Source: Owenia fusiformis
Lineage: Eukaryota
Assembly: GCA_903813345.2 (NCBI GenBank)
Contig: CAIIXF020000001.1
Coordinates: 12,276,001-12,340,000 of the forward strand
DNA: 64,000 nucleotides
Direction of reading: 5' to 3'
The notes under the pieces were generated by a model that saw nothing but the letters and a program-made list of their open reading frames with translations, made no database searches and had not been told where the DNA came from. A program made the position numbers and the translations under genes. This document shows, piece by piece, positions 36,711-49,400 of this stretch. The stretch's first letter is position 1. Each line of letters begins with the position of its first letter.

Positions 36711-39700
36711 ATGAAGCTATATAGCTATAATAACGTTGTTGCCTCTAGTGGCGGTGTACTGCATTCCATCACTTACAGACTTTGAAGACGTTGAAGAATT
36801 GTTGGGTCATAGGTCGAAGAGACAAAGTGGAATCAGTGACGACAATAACAGAGATCCTCATCTCATAGATACAAGAAGGTAGGTATTTCAAGTCTCAAGA
36901 AAGGTTTACGGTTTGTTTCAAAGATTTTTTGGGTCATTCTCAAACTGATGTACCTTTAATTTGTGGTATGAAGTTTTGGATTGATAAAAAGATGGCGATG
37001 TGGTTTGCTTATATCTGGATCTAGACAAATTCATTGCCATCTTTCTATCAAATCAATATTCTATGATTATGCCTAATGTACAGTATAATGTAGAGGTACT
37101 GTTTTCATTGGTTTCCAGTCTGCCATACAGACGTGATGACCGATGGACACTAGACTACAGGTACATGCCCGTGGTGGGCAATGGCCACATGGCAATGTCG
37201 GTGTACAACGACTCTATATTTCTTGACGGTGTATATAACGGCAGGGGTGGTAAGAATATTTTATGAATTATGCTTCTATTGCAAATTATCTCCTCGTGGA
37301 TCTTTTTTTCAATTTGTAAAAGCCAATTACACTGTACTTAGTTACCAATTTTAGACGAAATAAAACAATTTGACATTTGTTGCTGGGGGAAGACTCGTTC
37401 TACTTTGAAACTATTTTAGGTTAACATGCGCCAAAGTTAGCAAATGGTAAGACTACGGAAACATTCAAAGTACAAAATGCAAGCCACAAGGAAACAAAAT
37501 ACTAGTATATCGTAAACGATAGTTCAAAGTACAAAGACACCATGTCGAATGATCCAACTTCCTCCACGTTTCAAAAAACCATCACAATCCAAAACCACAA
37601 GACAATGAAACATTTCCGTCAAGCCATATTATGTTAGAAGAGGAAATCGTTGATGTGAGTCAAGACACAATGGGGTTTTCGTAAAACACCGACCACCGAC
37701 CACCGACCAGTCACTCTCCACAGTTGGGTACATGTGGTCGGTGGTCGGCTGACGGTCTTTTACATAAGGATGAAAAAATGCAAAATTAGAAGTAAAACTA
37801 AAACTGGGAATCCAATGACTATACAGGGTGTCAAAAAACAACGGCAGTACCTTTACTAGGTCGTGATTTAAAAACGTATAATTATCATTTCAAATCACGA
37901 TGAAAACGTTACATCGTCGTGGTGTGTAATGTCATATTTTCGTGATGTTTCAGTTGTTAGAAGACCAATTTCATCCTGGTTAGTCACTTTGGAAAAAAAC
38001 GCACGTAACATTGCATTAAGTTCATTCTTCATTCATATGAAACCCAATAACAAAAACACACAAACATCGTCGATGTTGACGTTGTAACGTTATGTTTGAT
38101 TTCTCAGTTGTTAAACGTCAACTGGTAAAAACTACATTTGATATGACAAAAGCTTTCTAATGGTGTACTGAAATGGTAAGTCACTTTTAATCCCGATAAG
38201 AGAACGCATGTAACATTATATCGTGTTCCGTATTCAGTAGGCTATGACGATAACAAATCATTTTTGTTTCGAAATTGTTAAATTTCAGTAAAAAATTAGG
38301 ATAGATTCCCGTAGAAACGATAGGTTGGTTAATGATAGGTTAGGACCTAAGGCAGGACAATTTATCGAGAGGAGACGGTCATGACCAATTTGTTTGCGTG
38401 CCATTCGTTGCAAGGTACGAAATCGGTAAAAAACGTTGCCTAGTCCAACGATTGACATTCAAAATCAAATTATTAAATTCTAAGGCTACAAATATGTTCG
38501 GTCTTTTACATGATATGGTCGGTCTTTTACACATTTTCTTCAAACCCTGTTTTGAGGCTACCAGTGGAAAACACCGACCGGTCGGTGGTCGGTGGGGTCG
38601 GTCTTTTCCAAAAACCCGACACAATGAATCTATTTTGATTTTTTACAGAGTTCAGTCGAAGAGCCAGGATCCCCGCAGAAGCTGCGCTCAGGGTCAACTT
38701 CAGTTCTAGCGTCACCAACATTCAGAGGAGGTTTAGATTTAACCTTGACACTGGTAAGTCGAAATGTCAATGCAAATAAACAATGACATCGAAAAGTCGA
38801 TTATAAAAATTAGTTCTTCAATGTACCTTTAGAGATTTCAAGCAACATGCTTCAAGAAAATAGTCTTATCTTTCTGTTAGGATCGGTATAGGTACTAAAA
38901 CAGCTGATCCATGGATATTCGTCATTTTGAAATGTTCATGTTCTCTTCCTCTAGGTGTATTTGAAGAAAACATAACCCTACCTCACTGTGATATCGTTCA
39001 TCGTACGTACTGCCACAAGTACTATACCAGGGTGTTTATCCAGGAGATTATTATGACCCCAAGAACTGGGCAGATCCAACAATGTAAACTTCAACTGGAT
39101 CACCTCAGGGATAACTATACAGACGATTTCGAGATCTTCAAGAAAGAACCTTTTAATAACGCCGATTGGTAAGAATGAATAAAATACTGGTATTATCGAT
39201 GATTTTATATAGTCCCAATCATTGACTATACCATTACAATTAATTACCTTGCAGGACGAGGCGCTTAAGAACCCATGTTGCAGAAGGCGATGGTGCAAGT
39301 CCCCGAGATGTCTACATGTTCTTTGATGATATTCCTCGGGATTTATCTTTACCTAGGAATGCACAAAACCCCCAAAGAAATGTATTCGTCATGACTTTAG
39401 ATACAGACAGATCCAGGGCAGAGAGAGCATATACGGAGGTTCAGCGGGTTTTATCTACAACCAATGGTTATAATGAACTCTATAAAGATCATCTTGACGC
39501 TTGGAGGATACTATGGCAGTATGCTAGGATAGAAATAGAGGGGAATGTTCGATTGGCAAAAGTTACAAAAGCTGCACTGTACTATATGATGAGCTCTCTT
39601 CCTCCTCTAGTGCGGGAAACTGGAGGTCCACAGGATACGTACCAACCTGCCAATCCGTTTATGGGATTAGCTCGCAGTGGATTGGGGGCCGGATGTAACA

Positions 39701-42700
39701 CAACCGATTACAATGGGCATGTTTTCTGGGATCACGAAATGTTCATGATGCCCCCGATGACCATTTTGTACCCAAGTATTGGCAAGGAAATGCTGATGTA
39801 CCGCATGAACAGGCGATCTGCCGCCAAAGAGAGAGCAAGTCAGACGGGAAACCAGGGTGAGCGATTCCCATGGGAGAGTGCTATCACTGGTCGAGAAATA
39901 ACTACAAGCTATGCAAAGTTCCAACAAGAATACGCCCACCACATCACTGGAGCAGTAGGCTGGGCTGCAAGGAATTACTACTCAGCCACTCGTGACCAGG
40001 AATTTATGGATAGCAATGGTGGTTGTGATTTCTCAAAGGAAATAGCACGTTTCTGGCAAAATAAGATGAAATGGAATAACACAAAAGCCAGATGGGACCT
40101 CAATGGTAAGTAAGATCCTCAACACTGCTGGAGTTTCATAATTTAGTTTTGACCTTAAGCAAGACATTTATTTTCACAGTGAGGTGTAGAATAAGACACG
40201 TTCCACGTTTGAAAAGCCTTATTTCATACGTAATTGTTTTTGAACATCTTTACCGAAACGTGAAAAGGAGTGAAATGAATCAAAAATATAATATAATTGT
40301 GAAAAATCAATTTGGTTCTCTGTTAACTTTGTTGAGGGAGAGATCTAGAATGATTGTGAACTCTATGCCTTAAAACTAACATTTGACTGTTTTGTAGAAT
40401 GCCAAGGTCCAAACGATTTACACAGTTATGTGAACAACAATGCTTATACAAACGCATTAGCCACATTATCAATCCAGTGGGCAAGATACGTTGCCTGTTT
40501 ATGTAGGTGAGTGAGTTTGGTGGGGCCATTGTTAGTGCAAACACACAACTGGGTGACTATATTCATCAAGGGATTCACCAGGGGGCTGCCAATGTCACAC
40601 CTTCACACAATACAGCATTTTTAAACGACCAGTCATTTGGGTTAAAAGATGGCCTTTGGTGGTAACGTGATCAAGTTCACTCCACGAAATGCGAAATGCT
40701 TTTGGAAATGTTTCTATACCTTGCAACAAATTATGCGGCAAAAACCTGTGTATCGGGCTAGTTAAGGACCATGTCGAAAGGAAACATGGATACCTTATAT
40801 AACTAAGAATAAGAACTAGAAGTGATAACATTAGAATTTTGGACTGAAGCGTGTATAATTGTACCATTTGCATTCGTTTGACTTCACTTCTTAAAGGAGA
40901 GCTTCGTCTGTAGTTTAAAGGCAGAATCTGATCTATAGGGGGTGACAAAATTACAAGAACACATGTATAATTGACTACCAATCTATTCCTTACAATATCA
41001 AATAGAATATCTCCCAAACGATCTACAATATGTTATAAATTGGTGAAGTTACTAATGATTCAAAGTGCAAAAATGAGTGACAAATGTTTAAATTCTCCCA
41101 AATAACACCATTCTTATAGAAAAATAATACATAGTTGTAAAAATCTTTAGTTTTCCTGGAATAAGGTATGCACTTTTGTGATTTTTAGAAAATAGACATG
41201 ACAAGGAATGACACGAGACAAAAATATTCTAAAATTGAAAGAATTTTTTGTTTAGCCTGCTTGCTATATCTGATTCTCTCTTTAACTAGACTCTGCGCGC
41301 AGGGTAGTAATATTGAATCCTTTTCTAGTTATCATATTGACTTTACATACCTCTCATCATCCCTTATTTTGGCCAGTTCTCAGAAAAGTTGAAAGCGCCT
41401 GTTCTTGGAAACACAAAGGGCTAGAGTTATCCTTACATGGGGATGAAGGGAATTCTGAATTTAAACTACATTATCATCAAGAAAAGAATTAAATTTTCCG
41501 AACGCCATGTCAAGGAAGACATTGGGAGGTCAAACATGGATCCTTCATTTCTTCATTCGCAGATATTACTATTATTTTACCATTAATGATTGTTGTTCCA
41601 TTATTTTAGACGAAACGAGAAAGATGAAATTCCTGATGAATGGATGAGGCGCTCTGTTGACCTTTACATGCCTTATAACGACAGGTACAGGCGTCACGAT
41701 GAATTTGACGACTATGAATACAGAGCTGGTAAATACTCTTAATTATCTTTTTTTATTATATATTATATTTATTTATTATTTTCTCTTTATTGTTATTTAT
41801 ACTTTTTTTAAATAAAATTACTTCTGTGAGGTTGAGAGTATTTCGAATGTCAACGGCTAAAAATTGAAAATAAAATGCAAACACAAAAATCTGGATTGAA
41901 AAAATGATTTTCATCGAATTTTGCGAAGGGATAAATTCTTATTAGCACTGGATAAATACAGAGTGTCCACAAAGTCTCCTTATACTGTATACTTTGCATT
42001 GTAATTGTAAAAATACTGTATGGACACCCTATATCTTGCATATCCATCGATGGAATACATGGTACCCCGGGAGGGTACCCTTCCTTGGTACTCCTTGGTA
42101 TTTTCAATGAATAATACACTGATTATGGATTCGTCATCTACAGGTAACCAGTCTCTCAAACAAGCGGACACAACACTTCTGCATTACCCACTTGGCTGGA
42201 ACACAACGAAGGAGATAATGCGTAACGATCTGGAGTTCTATGAAGGAAAACTGAACTCTAACCCCCCAGCCTTGACTTATAGTGTCCATGCTATAGGATG
42301 GCTAAGAGTACCGGATAAGAGTCGGGCTGATTCTATGTTTGAAAGAAGTTATAGCTCTTATGTGCAAGAACCATTTAAGGTAATCTAACGTAATTACATT
42401 ACCAATGTTTGCATATTTAAGAGGTCTCGCCAGAAATACACTTGAAAATCAAAAGCTAGACCAAAACCAAAAAACATTGTTCGTCGGTTCAATTTATTCT
42501 TTCCATTGATCTTAGTATTAAGTTCTAATTTTGACTATAACATTCTAACTATGCAGACATGGACAGAGTACCCAAATTATCAAGGTTCGGTGAACTTTCT
42601 TCCTGGGATGGGAGGCTTCTTGTCTACATTGTTGTTTGGTTATGCTGGTATCCACATTAAACCCGAAGAGATGATGGTCTACCCTCCTACTCTACCACCC

Positions 42701-45050
42701 GGTGTTAACACGATGAGAATATACGGTGTACATTATCTTGGAAACAGGTGAGTCAATGAAATATAAATGTGTAAAGTACTTTAAAACAATTGAGTAAATG
42801 AAAATTACTGTGTATATTTAGAAACAAATGGACTGAATGACTAACGAGGTAAGCGAGTTATAGATAAACTGTGCATTTTAGAAATGATTAAATGACGGAC
42901 ATTTGCTATGTAAAGTATTCTAAAAACAATAAAGAAACTGACAGTTACTGGGTAAAATATTAATTTGAGTAGCTAAAATGTGATTTTAGAAATACAGGGT
43001 GGTCAAAAAAAATGGCAACCCTAATTTTTCCTCATATCTTTGTCATTTTTGGAAATTTTGCCCTGATATTTGGCACACATGTACATCATTCAATTTCATA
43101 CTAGACTGTGTTATTTCATGAAAATTGGACAGATAATCGCAATGTTGCAGCACTTTAAACAAGATGCCCCAGTTCTCCTATATCGTGCTGTAGGCAAACC
43201 TGCACATGTTTTCCAAACCTGTCAGTGACATAACAGCATCCCTCAGCAAGTATGGCCTGAATGACACATGTGATCTTTATTTTGAGGTCAAATGTCTTTC
43301 TGGTGTTATTACCCTACACTCTATCTTTTGGGTATCCCCACTGGTAAAGATTAAATGGGGCCATATCTGGACTATGGGGTGCCCATTCATTGTCTGTTGT
43401 ACTGCTGATAATGTGGTCATTGAAGTGGTCCCAAAGCCAATATTGTGCATCATTTGGTGTATGGGGCATGGTTCTGTCTTGTTGGAACCACTGTTGCTGC
43501 CTTTCAACCACCCTGGGTTCACCTAAAGTCCCCAAGAACTCCATGGGAATCATGGACTTTGACTTTGATGTTGACAGTTATTGCATATATGTTAGCATCA
43601 TCAAAGGTAAAGGACCCAATCTTCTGAGAACACACTAAACTGTGCATCTGTCTGTGTGAAAGTGCCTCTCCACTACTTCATAAAGTGCTTGGCTCCCCAA
43701 GAATACATAATTGTTACAGTTCACCAGTGCATCAAGTTGAAAATGGAGTTCATTTGGATAACAGACCAGCTCAGACAGCCCGAAAGTGGCCATCTGGGGT
43801 ATGTTGCTTAAAATGCAGTAATATTGTGACTATCAGTCCGATGGTCAGGAAATATGCACTGGCGGATCTGGGGGGGGGGCCCAGGGGCCCGGGCCCCCCC
43901 CCTTGGGTGGGCCCAGAAAAAAAAAATTGTGCCCAAAAAAAAATTTGAGCCAAAAAAGGCCTTAAGGGACCAAAAAGTAGGCCTTTTTGGTCATAAATTG
44001 GCCTACTAAGGCCTTATTTTTTAATTTTAGGCCAAATATATGAAGAAAATGGGCCTCAAAATTTCAAAATTTGGGCCCACTTTTGGATTTTTGGGGCCCA
44101 AAATATTTTTTCCACCGTTTTTTCTTAGACCAGAAGTTTGGGCCCCCCCCCCTTGTTGGTTCCCAGATCCGCCCCTGATATGGTAGGTTGGTAGGAAATT
44201 GAATGATGTACAAATGTGTAAAATATCAGGGAGTTATTCCTTAGAATGACAAAGATATTAGGAAAAACTAGGGTTGCCGTTTTTTTTGACCACCCTGTAT
44301 AAGTAACAGAAACATTTTGTGTTTTAGAAGTCAATTGAATGACTACAATTTATTTTGTGAAATATACAATATCCCAAAAGAATTAAATCAGGAAAAAACG
44401 AGGTTCTAGCCGATGTCATTGTTTCAGTGAATTGAAATTGTGCAATTACACATTCGTTGCATTGCTATTGTTGGTTTCCTCTTAAACTGTTAAATACATC
44501 CCTTCATCATTCCCTTTGTACGTTTTAGCTTGGAGTTTGAAATCCAAAGTAGTGGTGTAACATTACGAAATACCGGAGGAGATGGGAAACATCAACTTAG
44601 AGTGCGTTTGAACAACACTATGGAGGGGGGTCGTCCAGAAGAACGAGAATTTCGTCAAGGTAAGTCAATTGTTTTGATCTACATCCTTACTATTTGCAAC
44701 TCGTCTTTTTATTTTCATTTTTTGAATTACGACAAATGCATTTTGAACAAGGGGCGAATGTAGATTCACTGATATTTTTAAATCTTGATAAGATACATAT
44801 TATATTTCTGTTTAACGTATTTTAAGCGCATCTTTCGTTTCCAGGGTCTTCTATCCAAGCAACAAATACAGGGTTGACGATCTTCAGTACAACTGTGACC
44901 AACTGCAAACCACCAGATGATACACTCAGAGTTCGTTATAGTCCTGTGTTTGGTGCTGCACCCCGCATTTCATATTCAATCGTTCTAGTTACCACATTTT
45001 TACTTTTACTAACTTTTATTGTTGAAAGAACAATATTACATTATGTGTGA
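36711..45050 (+). CDS. GH65 glycoside hydrolase, PGGHG/ATHL1-like; predicted secreted and GPI-anchored; start region uncertain
   Basis: Exons ~36711-36878, 37119-37249, 38649-38753, 38955-39168, 39255-40105, 40398-40506, 41610-41728, 42144-42379, 42557-42747, 44529-44659, 44845-45050. Motifs MPVVGNGH, YNGHVFWDHE, RFPWESA, HITGAV, NNAYTN, KQAD..LL.YPLG and WTE....GSVNFLPGMGGFL. The ATG at 36711 is out of frame with the rest of that exon. Confidence 0.9.
37672..38617. mobile_element. Non-autonomous TIR element in a GH65 intron
   Basis: Ends GGGGTTTTCGTAAAACACCGACC / GGTCGGTCTTTTCCAAAAACCC, CCGACCA subrepeats, 8-bp TSD GACACAAT (37664-37671, 38618-38625). Confidence 0.8.
42995..44297 (-). mobile_element. 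Tc1/mariner relic, DD41D (rosa/Visitor) type
   Basis: TIRs starting CAGGGTGGTCAAAAAAAA, similar for over 100 bp, with TA on both flanks. Minus-strand remnant WFQQD...WAPHSPDMAPFNLYQWGYPKDRV has 41 residues between the second D and the mutated third position. Confidence 0.85.
43857..44177. mobile_element. GC-rich hAT-like MITE nested in the DD41D element's TIR region
   Basis: Ends CACTGGCGGATCTGGG / CCCAGATCCGCCCCTG, 5-bp flanking duplication ATATG (43852-43856, 44178-44182), many GGGCCC/AGGCC motifs. Confidence 0.75.
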
Positions 45051-46489
45051 ACGAAGTGGACAGTTTTTGTACAATGTACAGGAGTTTCTATCGCATACTT
45101 TTAAAGCGTATGACTACGTAGGGTAGAGCTCATTCAAAATTTGGAGTACATATGTATAACACGTTGTTAAGTAAACTCGGACGTGAAGAATTATGGTCTT
45201 CTAGCTAGGGATTTGTTATCATTTACTTGCATGAAGATCAAGGTAAATAGTTGTTATTAGGTCACTGGAAAATCCATGAGGGGACAGAAATCCAGGGGGT
45301 CATAATATTACACGTTCACATACCAATTCTTTTAAAACGTGCAACACTATGTAAATAATCCAACGTTAGGTTACAAGTATACAATTTGATTCAAATACAA
45401 ACGTTTATTGTATTTCATCTGCACGTAACTTACTATTGTTTTATATGAGGATTCACCTGTAACATCGCCATCTTTTGTTTTTTCTATGTTAGTTTAAACT
45501 GCATCAACGTTATCAAAGTCCATCAAGCTATGGCCAACTAAAGGATCGCAAAGGAGAATAGTGTGATGAAAGTAGCGTTAGTGGCTTGATCAAATGAGAT
45601 CTTGGATATATAAAGATAAAACATCTCTTCATTTTATTATATTGAGTGTCCTTTGGGATAACTTATAGCCTTTGCATTCGTTCGACTTCACTTCTTAAAA
45701 GAGAGCTTTGGCATGCAAAGAAACATCATAATAATGATATGATATGTTATTGAAGGGCATTAGATGACAAATTGTTGGGCCCTGTTTCTGATAGTACATA
45801 CTTTTGAACGCATTTTTATAAGAGTTGTAGATATGTATTTGTACTCGTATTTTTAACAACTTTGATGTCTTTTGTACATACTAGTGATCACGATTCAAGA
45901 ATCATTTTGTATATGATGCATATTCAACGGGGATATACATACTTTTCTAATTATAAAATAAACATTGTATTATATTTGTACATGTAATAAATACAAATAG
46001 TTGTATTTCGCTTATATTCAGACATAAATTAATTCAGAAACATACCCAATAAAAATACACTAAAGGAAGAACGATTTCATTAATTGACGGTTATATCATT
46101 TCGAAAGTGGTTGGCTTGAAATTCCATATCTAAAAGTACCGGTAAATGGAATTGACATTATAGTTATATTTTGTAACACCCAAAGGGAAAAACATATATT
46201 GCCCCAACTTAAAAAGCTGATACATACATATATTTAACTAATTCTGGCGGATGAGTGATTATCTTTACAAACAATTTGTCTAGACTCCTGGGCAATACCC
46301 AACAATAAAAAAACACCTGACTATACTAATTAACTCCTACAAAGCAAGAGAACTGGTGAAGTCAGCTAGTCGTGTGTTAATATATGAATTCAAAACTACA
46401 GGCGGAATATACTCCAAAAACTGTACTACTGTATTTTTTGACGCTGAATGGTGATGCCTGTTAATGCGATGGTTAGGCGTAATACCGTA

Positions 46490-49400
46490 TAGTATAGTAG
46501 GAACAAGGGGTTCCCATGCACCCATAAGGTGTGAATAAGTTACATACATTTTTGTAATCCCTAGGGTGTCTATTTAATGAATTCATTTGTTAACATTGCC
46601 AACTAATGTCCCATAGTACTTTTATGGCGGCATTCAGTTACCATGGTTACGCATCTTTAGACATCTTACCTTGGTATCTTAAATCATTTGTAGCTCTGTC
46701 ATTATTTGGTCTATAGAAATGATATTGGTACCAAATTGAACCTCGTTAAATTTTCAATAAATTTCTGATATTCAATAATGCAAATTATCTAATTTGCATA
46801 AATTATGACGTCATCAATCTATTTTTGGTTCAGAATTTCCAACTATAGCAATGTATCTATTAGAACTGAGGCCGTATGGCAAAATTTCTGAAAGGTTTTG
46901 TCCTTTATTCTATTAGTAGAAGGTATAAACAACATAAAAGTGAAAACAGATTCAAAATTGAATCAGTATTACAAAAGTTATGTAACTTTCGAGGCAGCTA
47001 TCGTGAATGTCATTATTTGACAATAATATACATACGTCTTACCTTGGAGTCTTGAATCAATGAAGCTTCGTCATTATTTGGTCTATAGAGATGATATTGG
47101 TATCTGATTAAACCTTATTAAGTTTACTATATGGTTACAATATTCAGTTATGCAAATTAGCTAATTTGCATTAATTGTGACGTCATCAATCCATTTTTGG
47201 TTCTACATATCCTAGTATAGCAACATATCTATTAGAACTGAGGCCGTATGACAGAATTTGTGCATAGTTTTGTCCCTTATTTGATGAGTGGAAAATATAA
47301 GCAACATTAAAGATACAGCAAATCTTCAAAATTGGATCAGAATTAACAAAATTATCCAGCTTTGGAGGCAGCTACTGTGAACGTCATTGTTTGACAATTA
47401 TAAAAAGAATATTAAATTAACAAAAAAAAGTAACAACCATAGTTGTTTCAATCTTATTGAGTAAAAATGTGCATGTATTGAACTGAACTAATAAGTATGT
47501 GGAAAGGTTACATGTATTTTGACTATCATTCACAGGGGTCAAAACTGTTATCTCGACCCTGTATATTAAAGATCCAATTTTATAATTTACCATGCACTTT
47601 CAATGATTCATATAAATAGTATACATATAGTCTGATTTTTATCATATTCTTCATATTCTTGATTCTTAAAGTATCTGAAGTATAAAGCATGATTAGAAGT
47701 GAAGATGATTCATCATATGGTTTATGTAATATTTCTAACATTTCAGATGCTATGGTAACATCACTTGATAATGAGGTTTTACATTTCACGTTCTTAAGGA
47801 GTTAAAAGAAAGTTATTCTCCCTTTGCTTTAGAGATAAATAGTCACATGAATTTGTTTAAAAAAATTATAACTTAATTTAACCCCCTCCTGACAGCCCCA
47901 ATATTTGAAGATTTTGGTGAAACCTGGCAAAATACATTAATTATTAGGTTCCAGAAGCCCCGAGAAGCTATATGATGGCCCCCAGTGGCCCCAAGAATCT
48001 ATACAGGGGCCCCAAGTGGCCCCCAGAAGGTATACGATGGCCCCCAGAAGCTAAACAAGGGCCCACAGAAACTATACTGTGGTCTCCAGAAGCTATATGG
48101 TGGCCCCCAGTGGCCCTCAGAAGCTAAATGATGGCCCCCAGAAGCTAATTAGTGGCCCCCAGGAGCTATATGGTGGCACCCAGAAGCTATACAGGGAACC
48201 CCAGTGGCCCCAAGAAGCTATACAATGGCCCCCAGAAGCTATACAGCAGCCCCCAGAAGCTACACGATGGCCCCCAGAATCTATATGATGGCCCCCAATG
48301 GCTCCCAGAAGCTATACAGGGCCCCCAGTAGCCCCTAGAAGCTATACGGTGGCCCCTAAAGCTATATGGTGGTCCATTGGGGGACACTGTATAGCTTCTG
48401 GAGGCCATCGTATAGCTTATGGGGGCTACCGTATAGTTTCTGCGGGCCCTTGCATAGCTTCTGGGGGCCATCGTATAGCTTCTGGGAGCCACTGGGTGCC
48501 CCTGTATAGCTTCTGGGGGCTACAGTACAGTTTCTGCAGGCCCTTGCATAGCTTCTGGGGGCCATCGTATAGCTTCTGGGAGCCACTGTGGGCCCCTGTA
48601 TAGCTTCTGGGGGCCACTATATAGCTTTTGGGGCTACTGAGGGCCACCATATAGCTTCTAGGGGCTACTGGGGGGCCCTTTATAGCTTCTGGGAGCCATT
48701 GGGGGCCACCATATAGATTCTGGGGGCCATTGTGTAGCTTCTGGGAACCACCATGTAGCTCCTGAGGGTCACTATTTAGCTTCTGGGGGCCACCGTATAG
48801 CTTCTAGGGGCTACTTGGGGCCCTTCACATCTTCTGGGAGCCATTGGGGGCCATCATATAGATTCTTGGGGCCATCATGTAGCTTTTTTGGGCTGCTGTA
48901 TAGCTTCTGGGGGCCATCGTTTAGCTTCTTGGGGCCACTGGGGTCCCCTGTATAGCTTCTGGGAGCCACCGTATGGCTCCTGGGGGCCACTAATTAGCTT
49001 CTGGAGGCCATCATATAGCTTCCGAGGGCCACTAGGGGCCACCATAAAGCTTCTGGAGACCATAGTGTAGTTTCTGGGGGCCACTATTCAGCTTCTGGGG
49101 GCCAACATTTAGCTTCTGGGGAGCACAGTATAGCTTCTGGGGGCCACTTGGGGCCCCTGTACAGATTCTTGGGGCCACTGGGGGCCATCATATAGCTTCT
49201 GGGCCTGGGGGCTTCTGGAACATAATAATTAATGCCAGGTTTCTGGTTTCACCAAAATCTTCAAATATGGGGGCTGTCGGGGGGGGGGTTAAATTAATTA
49301 AGTTATAATTTTTCTAAACAAATTCATGCGACTATTTATCTCTAAAGCAAAGGGAGAATAACTTCCTTTTAACTCATTAAGAACGTGAAATGTAAAAACC

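Noticed and set aside
36081-36724. Stack of CT-rich hydrophobic ORFs upstream of the GH65 gene
   Set aside because: Low-complexity composition, no recognisable motif on either strand; possibly an old retroelement relic, but I cannot support that.
48079-49084. Overlapping ORFs with MAPRSYT/GPQKLY repeats
   Set aside because: Translations of the minisatellite on both strands, inside a foldback element, with no gene structure.
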